NCBI GenBank assembly: GCA_951812955.1 | Contig: OX638340.1 | Coordinates: 3,168,001-3,232,000 of the forward strand | Reading direction: 5' to 3' | DNA length: 64,000 bases | Origin: an uncultured Gemmatimonadota bacterium | GTDB lineage: Bacteria; JAAXHH01 | Shown: positions 9,215 through 19,120 of the stretch, in pieces | Layout: each line of letters starts with the position of its first letter | Position numbering within the stretch: position 1 is the stretch's first letter | Position numbers and translations under genes: made by a program | Notes under the pieces: model-generated | What the model saw: the letters and a program-made list of their open reading frames with translations, nothing else | Database searches by the model: none | Told to the model about the DNA's origin: nothing

Positions 9215-10189
9215 TTGTTAGCGGTACAAAAGATTACCTGCTGCATTAATACTGAAGTAAGGCAACTTATCTGTGAGGTGTTTGTGGACGAGTATTCCAA
9301 TTTAATCAAAGCAATCGCTACATTTCTGTGGCCATCTCTTACTTTTGTTGTCGTTCTCATCTTCAGAAGAGAGATTGGAGATGCAATTGAGCGCCTCAAA
9401 AAAGGCAAGTTGTTTGGTCAGGAGGTAGAGCTTCATAATAACCTAGAAACATTACATCAGTCAGTATCTCGGGCATCGGACGAGGTTGCGTCACTGCCGA
9501 AGCCGAAAGAACTGGAAAACGAAGACGATGGCCAGCACAGGGATAAAGAAGACGACGAAGTGATTCGTTCAGTTATACATGAAGCGTCGCATTCTCCTAA
9601 GGCGGCATTGATGATTTTGGCTGCCGAGATAGAAAAGGAAGCCAGGTTAATTCTTGCTAGTGTCGGCAAGATAGATGGACGGTCGCACATTCCAATAACT
9701 CAGGCCATTCGTGTCTTGGATTCACACTATGGACTACCGCGTTTTCTTTCCAGCAGCCTGAACCTATTTTGGGACACTCGCAACAAGTTAATCCATGGCA
9801 GAGACACCGAAGACGGGAATGTCCTCAGTGCGCTTGATTCTGGTATTACGATTTTGAAATCGCTGCAAGCCCTTCCAAGGCAGCTAAACATCGTTTACAA
9901 AACGGGGGTACCAATCTACTCAGATCCAGATTGCCAACACGAGATTACCAATGCGACTGGAGTGATTCTAGAAAGTCGATCCAATGAATATGCGCAGTTT
10001 TGTTACAGGATTTTCCCTACAACTCGTTCACATTTTGAGGAGGGTAGATCAGTAGCCTGGGAATGGAATATGAACGATATTTGGCAAGACGCTTGGTACC
10101 GAGATCCTCTAGAACCTGGGGGAGCGATTAAACTTGCCTGGAATTCTTCCGCAGAATTTATAGGCCGTCATTTAGACGACCTTGGATAA
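9215..10189 (+). CDS. AT-rich-encoded hypothetical protein with an N-terminal transmembrane helix and a HEPN-like Rx4HG motif.
   Basis: The GC content is low, unlike the flanks. A TM segment ATFLWPSLTFVVVLIF is present. The motif LNLFWDTRNKLIHGRD matches the HEPN R-x(4)-H-G signature seen in Abi / DUF4145-type RNases. The ORF starts with TTG; a shorter product from Met at about residue 135 is also possible. Confidence 0.5.
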   Translation: MLAVQKITCCINTEVRQLICEVFVDEYSNLIKAIATFLWPSLTFVVVLIFRREIGDAIERLKKGKLFGQEVELHNNLETLHQSVSRASDEVASLPKPKELENEDDGQHRDKEDDEVIRSVIHEASHSPKAALMILAAEIEKEARLILASVGKIDGRSHIPITQAIRVLDSHYGLPRFLSSSLNLFWDTRNKLIHGRDTEDGNVLSALDSGITILKSLQALPRQLNIVYKTGVPIYSDPDCQHEITNATGVILESRSNEYAQFCYRIFPTTRSHFEEGRSVAWEWNMNDIWQDAWYRDPLEPGGAIKLAWNSSAEFIGRHLDDLG

Positions 10190-10658
10190 CTTGCTTAGTT
10201 TCACAAACAAGAAAATCCTCTGGTGCAGACTGAACCTCTGCCGGTCATAATGGGTTTGGTATACTGAGATTGAAACCCCGGTACACCGTTGAAAACCGTT
10301 CCTTTACGTATTTCGTGTTTAACTTGTTATATGTACGATTTAGGCATGTATTTGGAATGTTAATAAGTTAGCTGGTAGTCCTTCGAATCGGTATGTCAGA
10401 ATATACCATACATCCTTGCCAAAGTTGTTAATAAGTATTGTCTGTGTGGCAGTATAATTCAGTTTAAGGCGGCGTATCCACCAATAGCCTTACATTGCCG
10501 TGAAAAACAGGCTCATAAATTACGGATCAAGATTAAGAGGTATTCGGTTTTGAAGCTATAGTGAACTGATTGATATGAACGAAATTCGCATAGGTAAAGC
10601 AGATTACCGGAAGCAGTCATCAGAATAGGTTTACTACTACACAACGACTGTAGAATGA

Positions 10659-11378
10659 ATGGATTCGACGGGTCAATCGGACTGGTTAATGGCAAAATTG
10701 GACGCACACTACAAGGGACACCGTAGCCGACTCCGTGAGCGGTTCCAAAAGAGTGGATTTGGTGGATTCGCTGAGCACGAGGTCATTGAGTTACTGTTGA
10801 CGATGGCCATGACCCGTTCGGACGTAAAACCACAGGCCAAGATGTTGCTTGAGCGTTTTGGCAGTCTGCGAGGCATTTTGGATGCACCAGTATCCGAACT
10901 GCAGTCGGTAAAGGGAATTGGTGAGATTTCAGCCATACTACTGAAAGTTATCCGTGAATCGGCGACGATGTATTTATTGGAAGCATCAAAAGAAACAGAA
11001 GTCCTCAGCGATCCGGAGCGGCTCAGCAATTTCTGGCGCATGCGAATCGGCCATCTTAAGAACGAAGTGTTCGCTGTCGCTTACCTTGATTCAGCTTATC
11101 GGTTGTTGCGTAATGGCGTAGAAACGCTTCAGGAAGGTACGATAGACCGTGCAGCGGTGTACCCGCGCCGCGTCGTGGAGGCGGCACTTAATCGCCAGGC
11201 GGCGGCCCTCGTGCTCGCGCACAACCATCCGAACGGCGATGTCGAGCCGAGCGAACAGGACAAGATGATAACACGCGCCGTCACGCTTGCAGCCGAAACC
11301 ATCAGCATACGAGTCGTCGATCATCTAATAGTGTCGGCCTCGGAGACTTTCAGTTTCAGAAAAGCGGGACTGCTATGA
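10659..11378 (+). CDS. radC: RadC-family JAB-domain protein (UPF0758).
   Basis: The N-terminus has a helix-hairpin-helix (LLERFGSLRGILDAPVSELQSVKGIGE). The C-terminus has the JAB/MPN metalloprotease motif LVLAHNHPNGDVEPSEQDKMIT...VVDHLIVS. Its stop overlaps the next gene's start in ATGA. Confidence 0.9.
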   Translation: MDSTGQSDWLMAKLDAHYKGHRSRLRERFQKSGFGGFAEHEVIELLLTMAMTRSDVKPQAKMLLERFGSLRGILDAPVSELQSVKGIGEISAILLKVIRESATMYLLEASKETEVLSDPERLSNFWRMRIGHLKNEVFAVAYLDSAYRLLRNGVETLQEGTIDRAAVYPRRVVEAALNRQAAALVLAHNHPNGDVEPSEQDKMITRAVTLAAETISIRVVDHLIVSASETFSFRKAGLL

Positions 11379-14239
11379 GTATCGCGCCAGCGATCCAGAA
11401 GCACTTTCCTGAGCTTATCTACAGCCAGAGGGAGGTCGTCGGCCATCTCGACGGACCGTTGCTGGTGATTGCGGGACCGGGATCGGGCAAGACTTTCAGC
11501 ATTGTCCTGAGGGCCTTGAATCTTATGTTGCTGGAGAAGGCCGAGCCAAATGAGATTCTGCTCTGCACCTTTACCGAAAAAGCTGCCTACGAGATGCGGG
11601 ACCGATTGACTGCAGCGGCCCGTAAAGTGGCGTACACGGGTGACCTTTCCGAACTGAAGGTCTCGACCATACACGGCTTCTGCCACCGGATGCTCGCCCA
11701 ACACCGGCACAAGACTGAACTCGGGCACAACTACGAAACGCTCGACGAATTGACACAACTTCTCTTCATATTCGAGCACTTCGACGAGATCATCGGTCCG
11801 CCTATCGACGACCGTTTTCTCACTCGCTGGAAAACGCGTTGGACAGCCATTGAAGGCGTGCGTGGCTATTTTGACAAGATCACGGAAGAATTGGTAGACT
11901 CTCGCTGCCTTACGGCATCCTCCGACCCATTTTTGTCGGTGATTGGTACTGCGTATCAACACTACGAACAAGCCCTGCAAGTGGCCAACAGGATTGACTT
12001 TGCCCACCTGCAGAGAACCGTATACGGCCTGCTGGACAACTCTACGGACACCGCTGCCATTTCCACCGACGTGCGCTATCTGCTGGTAGACGAGTATCAG
12101 GACACGAACTACATACAAGAGCGGATTCTCCTGAAGTTGGCCGAACCGGGCAACAACTTATGCGTCGTAGGGGATGAGGATCAAAGCCTCTACCGTTTCA
12201 GGGGCGCGACTGTCCGTAACATCCTGGAGTTCGCACAGCACTTTCAGGAATGCAGGATCGCCAGGTTGACAACAAACTACCGGTCTCACCGCTCAATTGT
12301 AGAGCGCTACGACCATTGGATGGAGTCGGCTGACTGGTCCGATCCAGCGGGAGGTTCATACCGACACGAGAAAACCATCGTTGCTGATCCCATGGCGCAA
12401 CATCCTGACTATCCCTCTGTCATAAGCATTTGGGGAAGGAACAGGCACGATGAAGCCGACCGGTTCGCCGATCTCGTCGAGTTCCTTAAAGAGAGCGAGG
12501 TAATAGTAGATTACAGTCAGATCGCATTGTTGCTGCACAGCGTGCGCGAACAACACAGCGGCCCTTATCTGGAGGCGTTGCGGCGCAGGGGCATCCCCGC
12601 GTTCTGTCCTCGGGCGCGCGTCTTCTTCCATATACCGGAGATTCGCTATCTGATCGCCTGTTATGCCATTTTGTTCGGCTGGTACGGCGACCGGCGCGGT
12701 GATCTCATAGGCGTCGTGAAGCAACTTGCTGAGTACGTGGACGAGGCCATTATCGACTTAAGCAAGCGCTTCGTGTCCACCGACCCGCTCGCGGAGAGAC
12801 TTCAGAGTTGGACCGGCGAGATCGCGGCGCTTCAGGAAGAAGAGACGCTCGACCTGCGGCCGGCCGATTATTTCTATAGACTGATCGCACTTGATCCATT
12901 CCGGAAGGCTGTCCGAAACGAAAACACCGCACGCAACTTAGCCATTTTCTCCGAACTTCTGACCATTTTTCAAAGCTATTATCATTTTCCGGTCATTACG
13001 TACAGGAATCGCGAGTACATCCGATTTCACTTCTTCAACAGCTTCTTGCGATTTCTCCACGCTGGCGGAATCAACGAGTACGAGGATCCGGACAAGCCGT
13101 TCCCTCGGGGCCACGTGCAGGTGATGACTGTCCATCAGGCCAAGGGCCTTGAGTTCCCTGTAGTCGTTGTCGGGTCCCTTTCGGTGTCTTTAAGCAGCCC
13201 CAAGCAAATCGATCGCAACCTTATGCCATTCTATCACCGCCCGCCCTTCGAGCCGGAGGACCGGATCACGCTCTTCGACCGCATGCGGTTGCACTACGTA
13301 GCGTTTTCACGACCGGAAAGACTGCTGGTACTTACCGCGCACGAACAACCGAAAGACTACTTCTCACCCATTTGGCAAGGGCTTCCCCAGTGGCCGTACA
13401 TCCCTAAGGAAACGCTGGCCAGCCAATCCTTCGAGCGACACGAGCGTATGCCGATCAAAAAGACGTATAACTTTACGGGTGATCTCAAGGTTTACGAAAC
13501 ATGCCCTCGCCAATATCAGTTCTTCCGCGAATACGGCTTTGCACCCTCCCGTTCCGCGGAGATGTTCTTTGGACTGCTCGTACATCAGTCTATCGAGGAA
13601 ATCCACCGTATCGCCCTTGACGGCCTAATCCATACGCTGGACGACGCGCGTGTCGGCGAGTTGTTTGAAAGAACTTACCAGTTTCTAAATCTCACCGATA
13701 GGCGTCCCATTGGCGATAGAGCGAAGGAGTTGGCTTTAAAGCAGGTATTGAACTATTATCGACAGAACCAGGATGGATTGAATCGGATCATCGAGACGGA
13801 GGTGGATGTATCGCTGGAGAAAGACGGGTACATACTCGCAGGAAAGGTCGATCTTCTTCTCGGCGACGACGGCAAGTTGGAACTATTGGATTTCAAAACC
13901 TCGCCGCGTCCGGCAAGCACGCCCGAACTAATCGCCGCATACGGAAGACAACTCTGCACCTATGCGCATATACTGGAGCAACGGCACGAAAAACATGTGG
14001 ACCGGTTGCTACTGTATTGGACAGCAGAGAAATCACGGGACCAGGCGCTCATGGTCCTGCCGTTACGCCCGGAATCGATAGAGGAAGCGGGCCGATACTT
14101 CGACGAGACCGTAAAACGGATTCAGACAGGTAAATTCGTGGTAAACACACCTCCCGAAGCGAAAGTCTGCCAGGAATGCGACCTGCAGATGCTGTGTCAC
14201 GCGGACGGTGTTATAGAATGGGCGGAGGCAGTCGCTTGA
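11375..14239 (+). CDS. UvrD/PcrA-type SF1 DNA helicase fused to a C-terminal Cas4/RecB-like PD-(D/E)xK nuclease with a 4-Cys Fe-S cluster.
   Basis: All helicase motifs are present: AGPGSGKT (I), TFTEKAA (Ia), VDEYQDTN (II), VVGDEDQSLYRFRGA (III), NYRSHRSIV (IV) and TVHQAKGLEFP (V). The C-terminus has CPRQY...DLLLGDDGKLELLDFKT (D..ExK), QLCTYAHIL (QxxxY) and CQECDLQMLC (Cx2Cx5C). Confidence 0.9.
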   Translation: MSIAPAIQKHFPELIYSQREVVGHLDGPLLVIAGPGSGKTFSIVLRALNLMLLEKAEPNEILLCTFTEKAAYEMRDRLTAAARKVAYTGDLSELKVSTIHGFCHRMLAQHRHKTELGHNYETLDELTQLLFIFEHFDEIIGPPIDDRFLTRWKTRWTAIEGVRGYFDKITEELVDSRCLTASSDPFLSVIGTAYQHYEQALQVANRIDFAHLQRTVYGLLDNSTDTAAISTDVRYLLVDEYQDTNYIQERILLKLAEPGNNLCVVGDEDQSLYRFRGATVRNILEFAQHFQECRIARLTTNYRSHRSIVERYDHWMESADWSDPAGGSYRHEKTIVADPMAQHPDYPSVISIWGRNRHDEADRFADLVEFLKESEVIVDYSQIALLLHSVREQHSGPYLEALRRRGIPAFCPRARVFFHIPEIRYLIACYAILFGWYGDRRGDLIGVVKQLAEYVDEAIIDLSKRFVSTDPLAERLQSWTGEIAALQEEETLDLRPADYFYRLIALDPFRKAVRNENTARNLAIFSELLTIFQSYYHFPVITYRNREYIRFHFFNSFLRFLHAGGINEYEDPDKPFPRGHVQVMTVHQAKGLEFPVVVVGSLSVSLSSPKQIDRNLMPFYHRPPFEPEDRITLFDRMRLHYVAFSRPERLLVLTAHEQPKDYFSPIWQGLPQWPYIPKETLASQSFERHERMPIKKTYNFTGDLKVYETCPRQYQFFREYGFAPSRSAEMFFGLLVHQSIEEIHRIALDGLIHTLDDARVGELFERTYQFLNLTDRRPIGDRAKELALKQVLNYYRQNQDGLNRIIETEVDVSLEKDGYILAGKVDLLLGDDGKLELLDFKTSPRPASTPELIAAYGRQLCTYAHILEQRHEKHVDRLLLYWTAEKSRDQALMVLPLRPESIEEAGRYFDETVKRIQTGKFVVNTPPEAKVCQECDLQMLCHADGVIEWAEAVA

Positions 14240-14306
14240 TGTCCAAGGAATTCTTTATTCTCATCCAAAATCGGATGATGTTTGGCAAACCAAAAGGAAC
14301 CTGAAA

Positions 14307-16274
14307 ATGGCAAAGATCGACATCACAAAGACCGAATTGGTCTGGCCTGGAAAGTTCGATGAGGATGGAACGCTTAGGGAAGTTCCTCGGGTCAACCTGC
14401 CATTTCAAGTCATCGAAACCGTGAATGAGAGTCGTGCTACGCGCGAAGTAAAGAAAGGTACGGTGCAGGAGTCCCTTTTTGATTTCTATGAAGGTAAGGA
14501 GGGGGACACCTTTGAGGATGGATGGAAGAACAAGCTCATATGGGGCGACAATCTGCTGGTGATGGGTTCATTGCTGGAGAAGTTTGCAGGGAAGATCGAT
14601 CTGATCTACATCGATCCGCCTTTTTTTACAGGAGTTAACCAGCTAGCAACGGTGTTTCTTGGGGAGGGCAATACTGGATTTGAGAAAGAGACGTCAATCA
14701 CAGAGGATGTAGCGTATAGAAATGCGTGGCGTGACGGGGATCCGTCCTTCATGACATGGATTCGAGATCGACTCAGTCTTATGCGTGATCTTCTCAAACC
14801 GAGCGGCATTATCTTCATTAGGTTTGACCAATACTGGAGCCACAGCGTTAAACTGATCGCAGATGAAGTCTTTAGCCGGGATTTGTTTCAGAACGAGATT
14901 ACAGTGAAACGTATTTTTAAAAACGTCACAGGTCAAGGTCGCGTCTCAATTCCACTCGCTACAGATACATTGTTTTTGTACTTCCGAACCGATCAAGCGC
15001 AATTTGCAGATACCCTAGTTCCAAGGGAGAAGACGCGGCCGGGATTCTGGCGACACATGGACGATTCTTCGGGCGTCAGGCGTCCACCTGAGCGCCGTAT
15101 GTTTGGAAGAGTCTTCTATCCACCGCCTGGCAAGCATTTCAAATTTTCCCAAGCAAACATCGACAAGAAGATAGCAGATGGAAAAGTCAGACTCAATCCC
15201 AAGACTGGTAAGCCCGAGTACTGGGTCGAGGAGAGTTCAGTTAAACCCTTGAATTCGAATTGGACAGACATCCCAGGCTACTCGTTCACTACCTCCTATC
15301 CAACGGAAAATTCCGAAGCACTCCTTCAAAGAGTCATCAAAGTTGCGTCACATCCGAATGCACTCGTGGCAGATTTCTTCGGTGGTTCTGGCACGACAGC
15401 AGCAGTCGCTGAACAACTTGGCCGTCGCTGGATCACGTGCGACGTTGGTCGTTTTTCGATCCACACGATTCGGAAGCGACTGCTCGACATTGAAAACTGC
15501 CAACCCTTCGAGGTACTGAACCTTGGTAAATATGAGCGCCAGTATTGGCAGGGGGTGACGTTCGGCGGTCAGAGCAACAAGTCACTAACCGAAAAAGCAC
15601 TCTATGAGTACCTTGCCTTCATCCTTAAGCTATATGGCGCACAGCCGGTAGCGGGATTGGAACATCTACATGGGAAGAAAAACAAGGCTATGATACACAT
15701 TGGCGCGGTGGATGCCCCGGTCACCATTGACGAGATCGATGATGCTGTAGAAAATTGTGCCAAACTGAAGCAGGCTGAATTGCACGTTCTTGGCTGGGAA
15801 TGGGAAATGGGACTCCAGAATCTTGTAGTTTCACAAGCACAGAAGAAGGGCGTGAAACTAATACTCCTGCAGATACCCTTGGAAGTGATGGAGCAACAGG
15901 CCGTGGATGATGGCGATATCCGATTTTTCGAACTGGCCTATTTAAGGGCGATGATAGTAAAACCAAAGAAACTTACCGTGCAAGTTCACCTTAAAGATTT
16001 TGTCATCCCCAACACCGAACTCATCCCTGAAGAAGTGCGGGACAGGGTTACGAAGTGGTCGGACTACATCGACTACTGGACTGTGGACTGGGACTTTCAG
16101 AACGACACCTTCATGCAGGGATGGGTAGCCTACCGCACCCGCAAAGATCGAACGCTCTCACTCATTTCCGACTTTCACACTTATGAAAAGCCCGGCAAAT
16201 ACCAAGCTCTGGTCAAAGTAATCGACATCTTCGGCAACGACACCTCGCAACTTCTTGATGTCGAGGTGAATTAA
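14307..16274 (+). CDS. mod: Type III restriction-modification system methyltransferase (Mod), beta-class N6A/N4C DNA MTase.
   Basis: It carries IYIDPPFFTG (motif IV, DPPF) followed by FGGSGTTAAVA (motif I). That order is typical of Type III Mod. It lies 3 bp upstream of the res gene. Confidence 0.85.
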   Translation: MAKIDITKTELVWPGKFDEDGTLREVPRVNLPFQVIETVNESRATREVKKGTVQESLFDFYEGKEGDTFEDGWKNKLIWGDNLLVMGSLLEKFAGKIDLIYIDPPFFTGVNQLATVFLGEGNTGFEKETSITEDVAYRNAWRDGDPSFMTWIRDRLSLMRDLLKPSGIIFIRFDQYWSHSVKLIADEVFSRDLFQNEITVKRIFKNVTGQGRVSIPLATDTLFLYFRTDQAQFADTLVPREKTRPGFWRHMDDSSGVRRPPERRMFGRVFYPPPGKHFKFSQANIDKKIADGKVRLNPKTGKPEYWVEESSVKPLNSNWTDIPGYSFTTSYPTENSEALLQRVIKVASHPNALVADFFGGSGTTAAVAEQLGRRWITCDVGRFSIHTIRKRLLDIENCQPFEVLNLGKYERQYWQGVTFGGQSNKSLTEKALYEYLAFILKLYGAQPVAGLEHLHGKKNKAMIHIGAVDAPVTIDEIDDAVENCAKLKQAELHVLGWEWEMGLQNLVVSQAQKKGVKLILLQIPLEVMEQQAVDDGDIRFFELAYLRAMIVKPKKLTVQVHLKDFVIPNTELIPEEVRDRVTKWSDYIDYWTVDWDFQNDTFMQGWVAYRTRKDRTLSLISDFHTYEKPGKYQALVKVIDIFGNDTSQLLDVEVN

Positions 16275-16276
16275 CC

Positions 16277-19120
16277 ATGGCAAAAGCCGTCATCAATTAC
16301 GACAAGGAGTTGCCGGAGATTCAAGATCGGCGACCTTGGGAAAAGCCCGGATCCTACTTGGTCAAGGACGAAGAGGAGCCAACGGGTTGGCGGGAGGATA
16401 CTTCCGGCCGTCGCCCGACCAAGCTTCTGCTGGTGCCTAAAATCCGTAAGGCCGTTGATGCGTGGCGAGACAGTGGCTACAAAGGAGCATCGGAAGTCTC
16501 CCTGCGCTTGTTTGAGTATTGGTTCCATGAGGATCACAAGGTCAACGGATTCGATACGCCGTTCCGGTACTACTTCTGCCAACGAGAAGCTATAGAAACG
16601 CTGGTCTGGTTGGTGGAGGTCGCCTGCCAGCAGGACGCGATAGCGCTTATAGAGAAATATGGATCGTTCTATCAACTGGACCTTCTATCGAAAAACATTG
16701 AGTTTCAGACTACCATAGATGGCAGGCGGCAGATTCGTCGATACATACCAGAACTGGAACAACATGGCATACAGGACTTACCGTCCAAAGAATTGCGTCG
16801 CTACGCCTTCAAGATGGCCACTGGGTCGGGTAAAACCTGGGTGATGGCCATGATGGTCGTCTGGTCGTGTTTCCACAAGCAGCGCGTACCTGGTTCGAAA
16901 CTTTCCACGAATTTCCTTATCGTAGCCCCCAATGTGATCGTCTATCAGCGGCTGGAGAAGGACTTTGCAAACAACCGGATATTTAATGAGTTACCATTGA
17001 TCCCGCCGGAATGGAAAGGCAATTTTAACCAAAAGGTGATTTTGCGCGGGGAAGTCGCTGAGCCCGACCCGTCGGGGAATCTGTTTCTTACGAATATCCA
17101 TCAACTGTACGAATCTCGCGATCAGAAGTGGACCCCGGGAAACGCCGTCGAAGCCCTCCTGGGCAAGACCCCCGCGCCAGATCTCGCGGCATCTGGTCAG
17201 CGGACCATGCTGGAGTGCGTGAAGTATCTAAAAGACCTCGTCGTGCTAAATGACGAAGCCCACCACGTCCATGATGACGACCTATCCTGGAATCAATCTC
17301 TGCTGGCTATTGATAATGCGTTGCCGAAGGGACTCTGCGCTTGGCTCGACTTTTCAGCCACGCCGAAAGACCAGAACGGCATGTACTTCCCTTGGACCGT
17401 TGTGGACTACCCGTTGGCACAGGCCGTGGAGGATAGAATCGTCAAAGCCCCACTCATCGTAACCAAGGGGGATGATCCCAATCAGCCGACCGAAGATCCC
17501 GATGGGATCACTAAGGAGAACGTAGCACAGAAATACGGTTACTGGCTACAGGCCGCCGCGCAACGTTGGAAGGAACACTGGCAGATTTACAGGAAGCTCG
17601 GGACCAAGCCTGTCCTCTTTGTCATGGCTGAAAAAAACATCTATGCAGATGCCCTGGGAGAGTATCTGTGGAAGACTAAGGAATTTGGTTTCAAGGAATC
17701 CGAGGTACTCGTTATCCATACGGACAATACGGGTGAAGTTCGGAAAGGGGATATCGAGAAAGCCCGGAAGGCTGCAAGAGACATCGATAAGGCAGAGAGC
17801 AAAATAAAAGTGATCGTCAGCGTTATGATGCTGCGCGAGGGTTGGGACGTTCGGAATGTTACAGTGGTACTGGGTTTGCGCCCCTATACTGCGAAAGCCG
17901 AGATATTGCCGGAACAGGTGATCGGTCGCGGACTTCGTCTGATGACCCAGGTAAGCCCCGACCAAACGCAGACCCTTGAGGTGCTCGGAACGCGTAACCT
18001 GCTCGAAGTGCTACGCGATCAACTTGAGGCTGAGGGCGTCGGAGTAGCGAGTACGAAGGACAATACGCCACTGCCAGTCATCATTGAGCCGGTGCAGGAA
18101 CGACTGAATTACGACATCGCCATTCCAATCACGAAACCGAGTCTAACACATGATTTCCGCAAACTGTCCACCGTTGATGTGCCATCGCTGGAAGCGATTT
18201 ACGATCAGGAAGAACTGGCCGAACCGTTTCGGGTCGGTCTGAAGATGGAATTCGCAATGACGGAGACCGAGGTTCATCAAGCCGACGTTGCGTTGCAACT
18301 CCGACCTGCCCAGGAGCTTTTGGCGAGCATCGCCAACAAGACGGCTGAGCGCGCCAATCTGACTAACTGTTTTGCGGAATTGTATCCCATTATTCAGGAT
18401 TATGTCGAGAATCGTTGCTTTGGACATAAAATTGAACTGTCAGATGAAACCATTCGCTCCCATCTCGAAAGATTGGAGTTGCAGAATGGGATTGCCGGAT
18501 ACATGGCACGTAAGCTTTCGACGCTTTCCATTAAACGGCATGCAGTCGAGTTCGAGAAAGAGGATTACCGTCTTTCCCTGACCAGACCCTTTAGCTGGCG
18601 ACGCAACTTGCCACCAATGCAGGCGTACAAAACGATTTTCAACTTCGTGGCCACCTACAATGACTTTGAGCGAAGCTTTGCGACGTTCTTGGATGGAGCG
18701 GAAGATGTGGTGCGCTTTGCGGCACTTGGCACGACAGAACAAGGACGTTCCGGTACGACATTTCACATCGACTACCTGAAACCGACTGGGGCTATCGGAT
18801 TCTACTATCCAGACTGGGTAGTCGTTCAAAAGGCCAAAGATAACGAAGTGAACTGGATCGTTGAGACCAAGGGCCGAGTCTGGGAAGGAACCGCCGAAAA
18901 AGATGTCGCAGCGCGAAACTGGTGCAAGCGGGTAAGCAACGCCACGGGAAAGCCTTGGAAGTACACCCGCATCAACCAGTCAGAGTTTACGGATGAACTC
19001 GCGACGTTTCGCGCACTGATTGTAGATAAGGCGATTAAAACCTCAGTTCAACGACACGAAAACATGCAACCGGTAACGCAGGAAGAAATCCGCCGCTGGA
19101 AAGAAGAGGGCCGTCGCTGA
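16277..19120 (+). CDS. res: Type III restriction enzyme Res subunit (SF2 DEAH helicase plus C-terminal PD-(D/E)xK endonuclease).
   Basis: It has MATGSGKTWVMA (Walker A) and VLNDEAHHV (DEAH). The C-terminal segment YYPDWVVVQ...WIVETKG is the PD..ExK endonuclease motif. The protein is 947 aa. Confidence 0.85.
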   Translation: MAKAVINYDKELPEIQDRRPWEKPGSYLVKDEEEPTGWREDTSGRRPTKLLLVPKIRKAVDAWRDSGYKGASEVSLRLFEYWFHEDHKVNGFDTPFRYYFCQREAIETLVWLVEVACQQDAIALIEKYGSFYQLDLLSKNIEFQTTIDGRRQIRRYIPELEQHGIQDLPSKELRRYAFKMATGSGKTWVMAMMVVWSCFHKQRVPGSKLSTNFLIVAPNVIVYQRLEKDFANNRIFNELPLIPPEWKGNFNQKVILRGEVAEPDPSGNLFLTNIHQLYESRDQKWTPGNAVEALLGKTPAPDLAASGQRTMLECVKYLKDLVVLNDEAHHVHDDDLSWNQSLLAIDNALPKGLCAWLDFSATPKDQNGMYFPWTVVDYPLAQAVEDRIVKAPLIVTKGDDPNQPTEDPDGITKENVAQKYGYWLQAAAQRWKEHWQIYRKLGTKPVLFVMAEKNIYADALGEYLWKTKEFGFKESEVLVIHTDNTGEVRKGDIEKARKAARDIDKAESKIKVIVSVMMLREGWDVRNVTVVLGLRPYTAKAEILPEQVIGRGLRLMTQVSPDQTQTLEVLGTRNLLEVLRDQLEAEGVGVASTKDNTPLPVIIEPVQERLNYDIAIPITKPSLTHDFRKLSTVDVPSLEAIYDQEELAEPFRVGLKMEFAMTETEVHQADVALQLRPAQELLASIANKTAERANLTNCFAELYPIIQDYVENRCFGHKIELSDETIRSHLERLELQNGIAGYMARKLSTLSIKRHAVEFEKEDYRLSLTRPFSWRRNLPPMQAYKTIFNFVATYNDFERSFATFLDGAEDVVRFAALGTTEQGRSGTTFHIDYLKPTGAIGFYYPDWVVVQKAKDNEVNWIVETKGRVWEGTAEKDVAARNWCKRVSNATGKPWKYTRINQSEFTDELATFRALIVDKAIKTSVQRHENMQPVTQEEIRRWKEEGRR

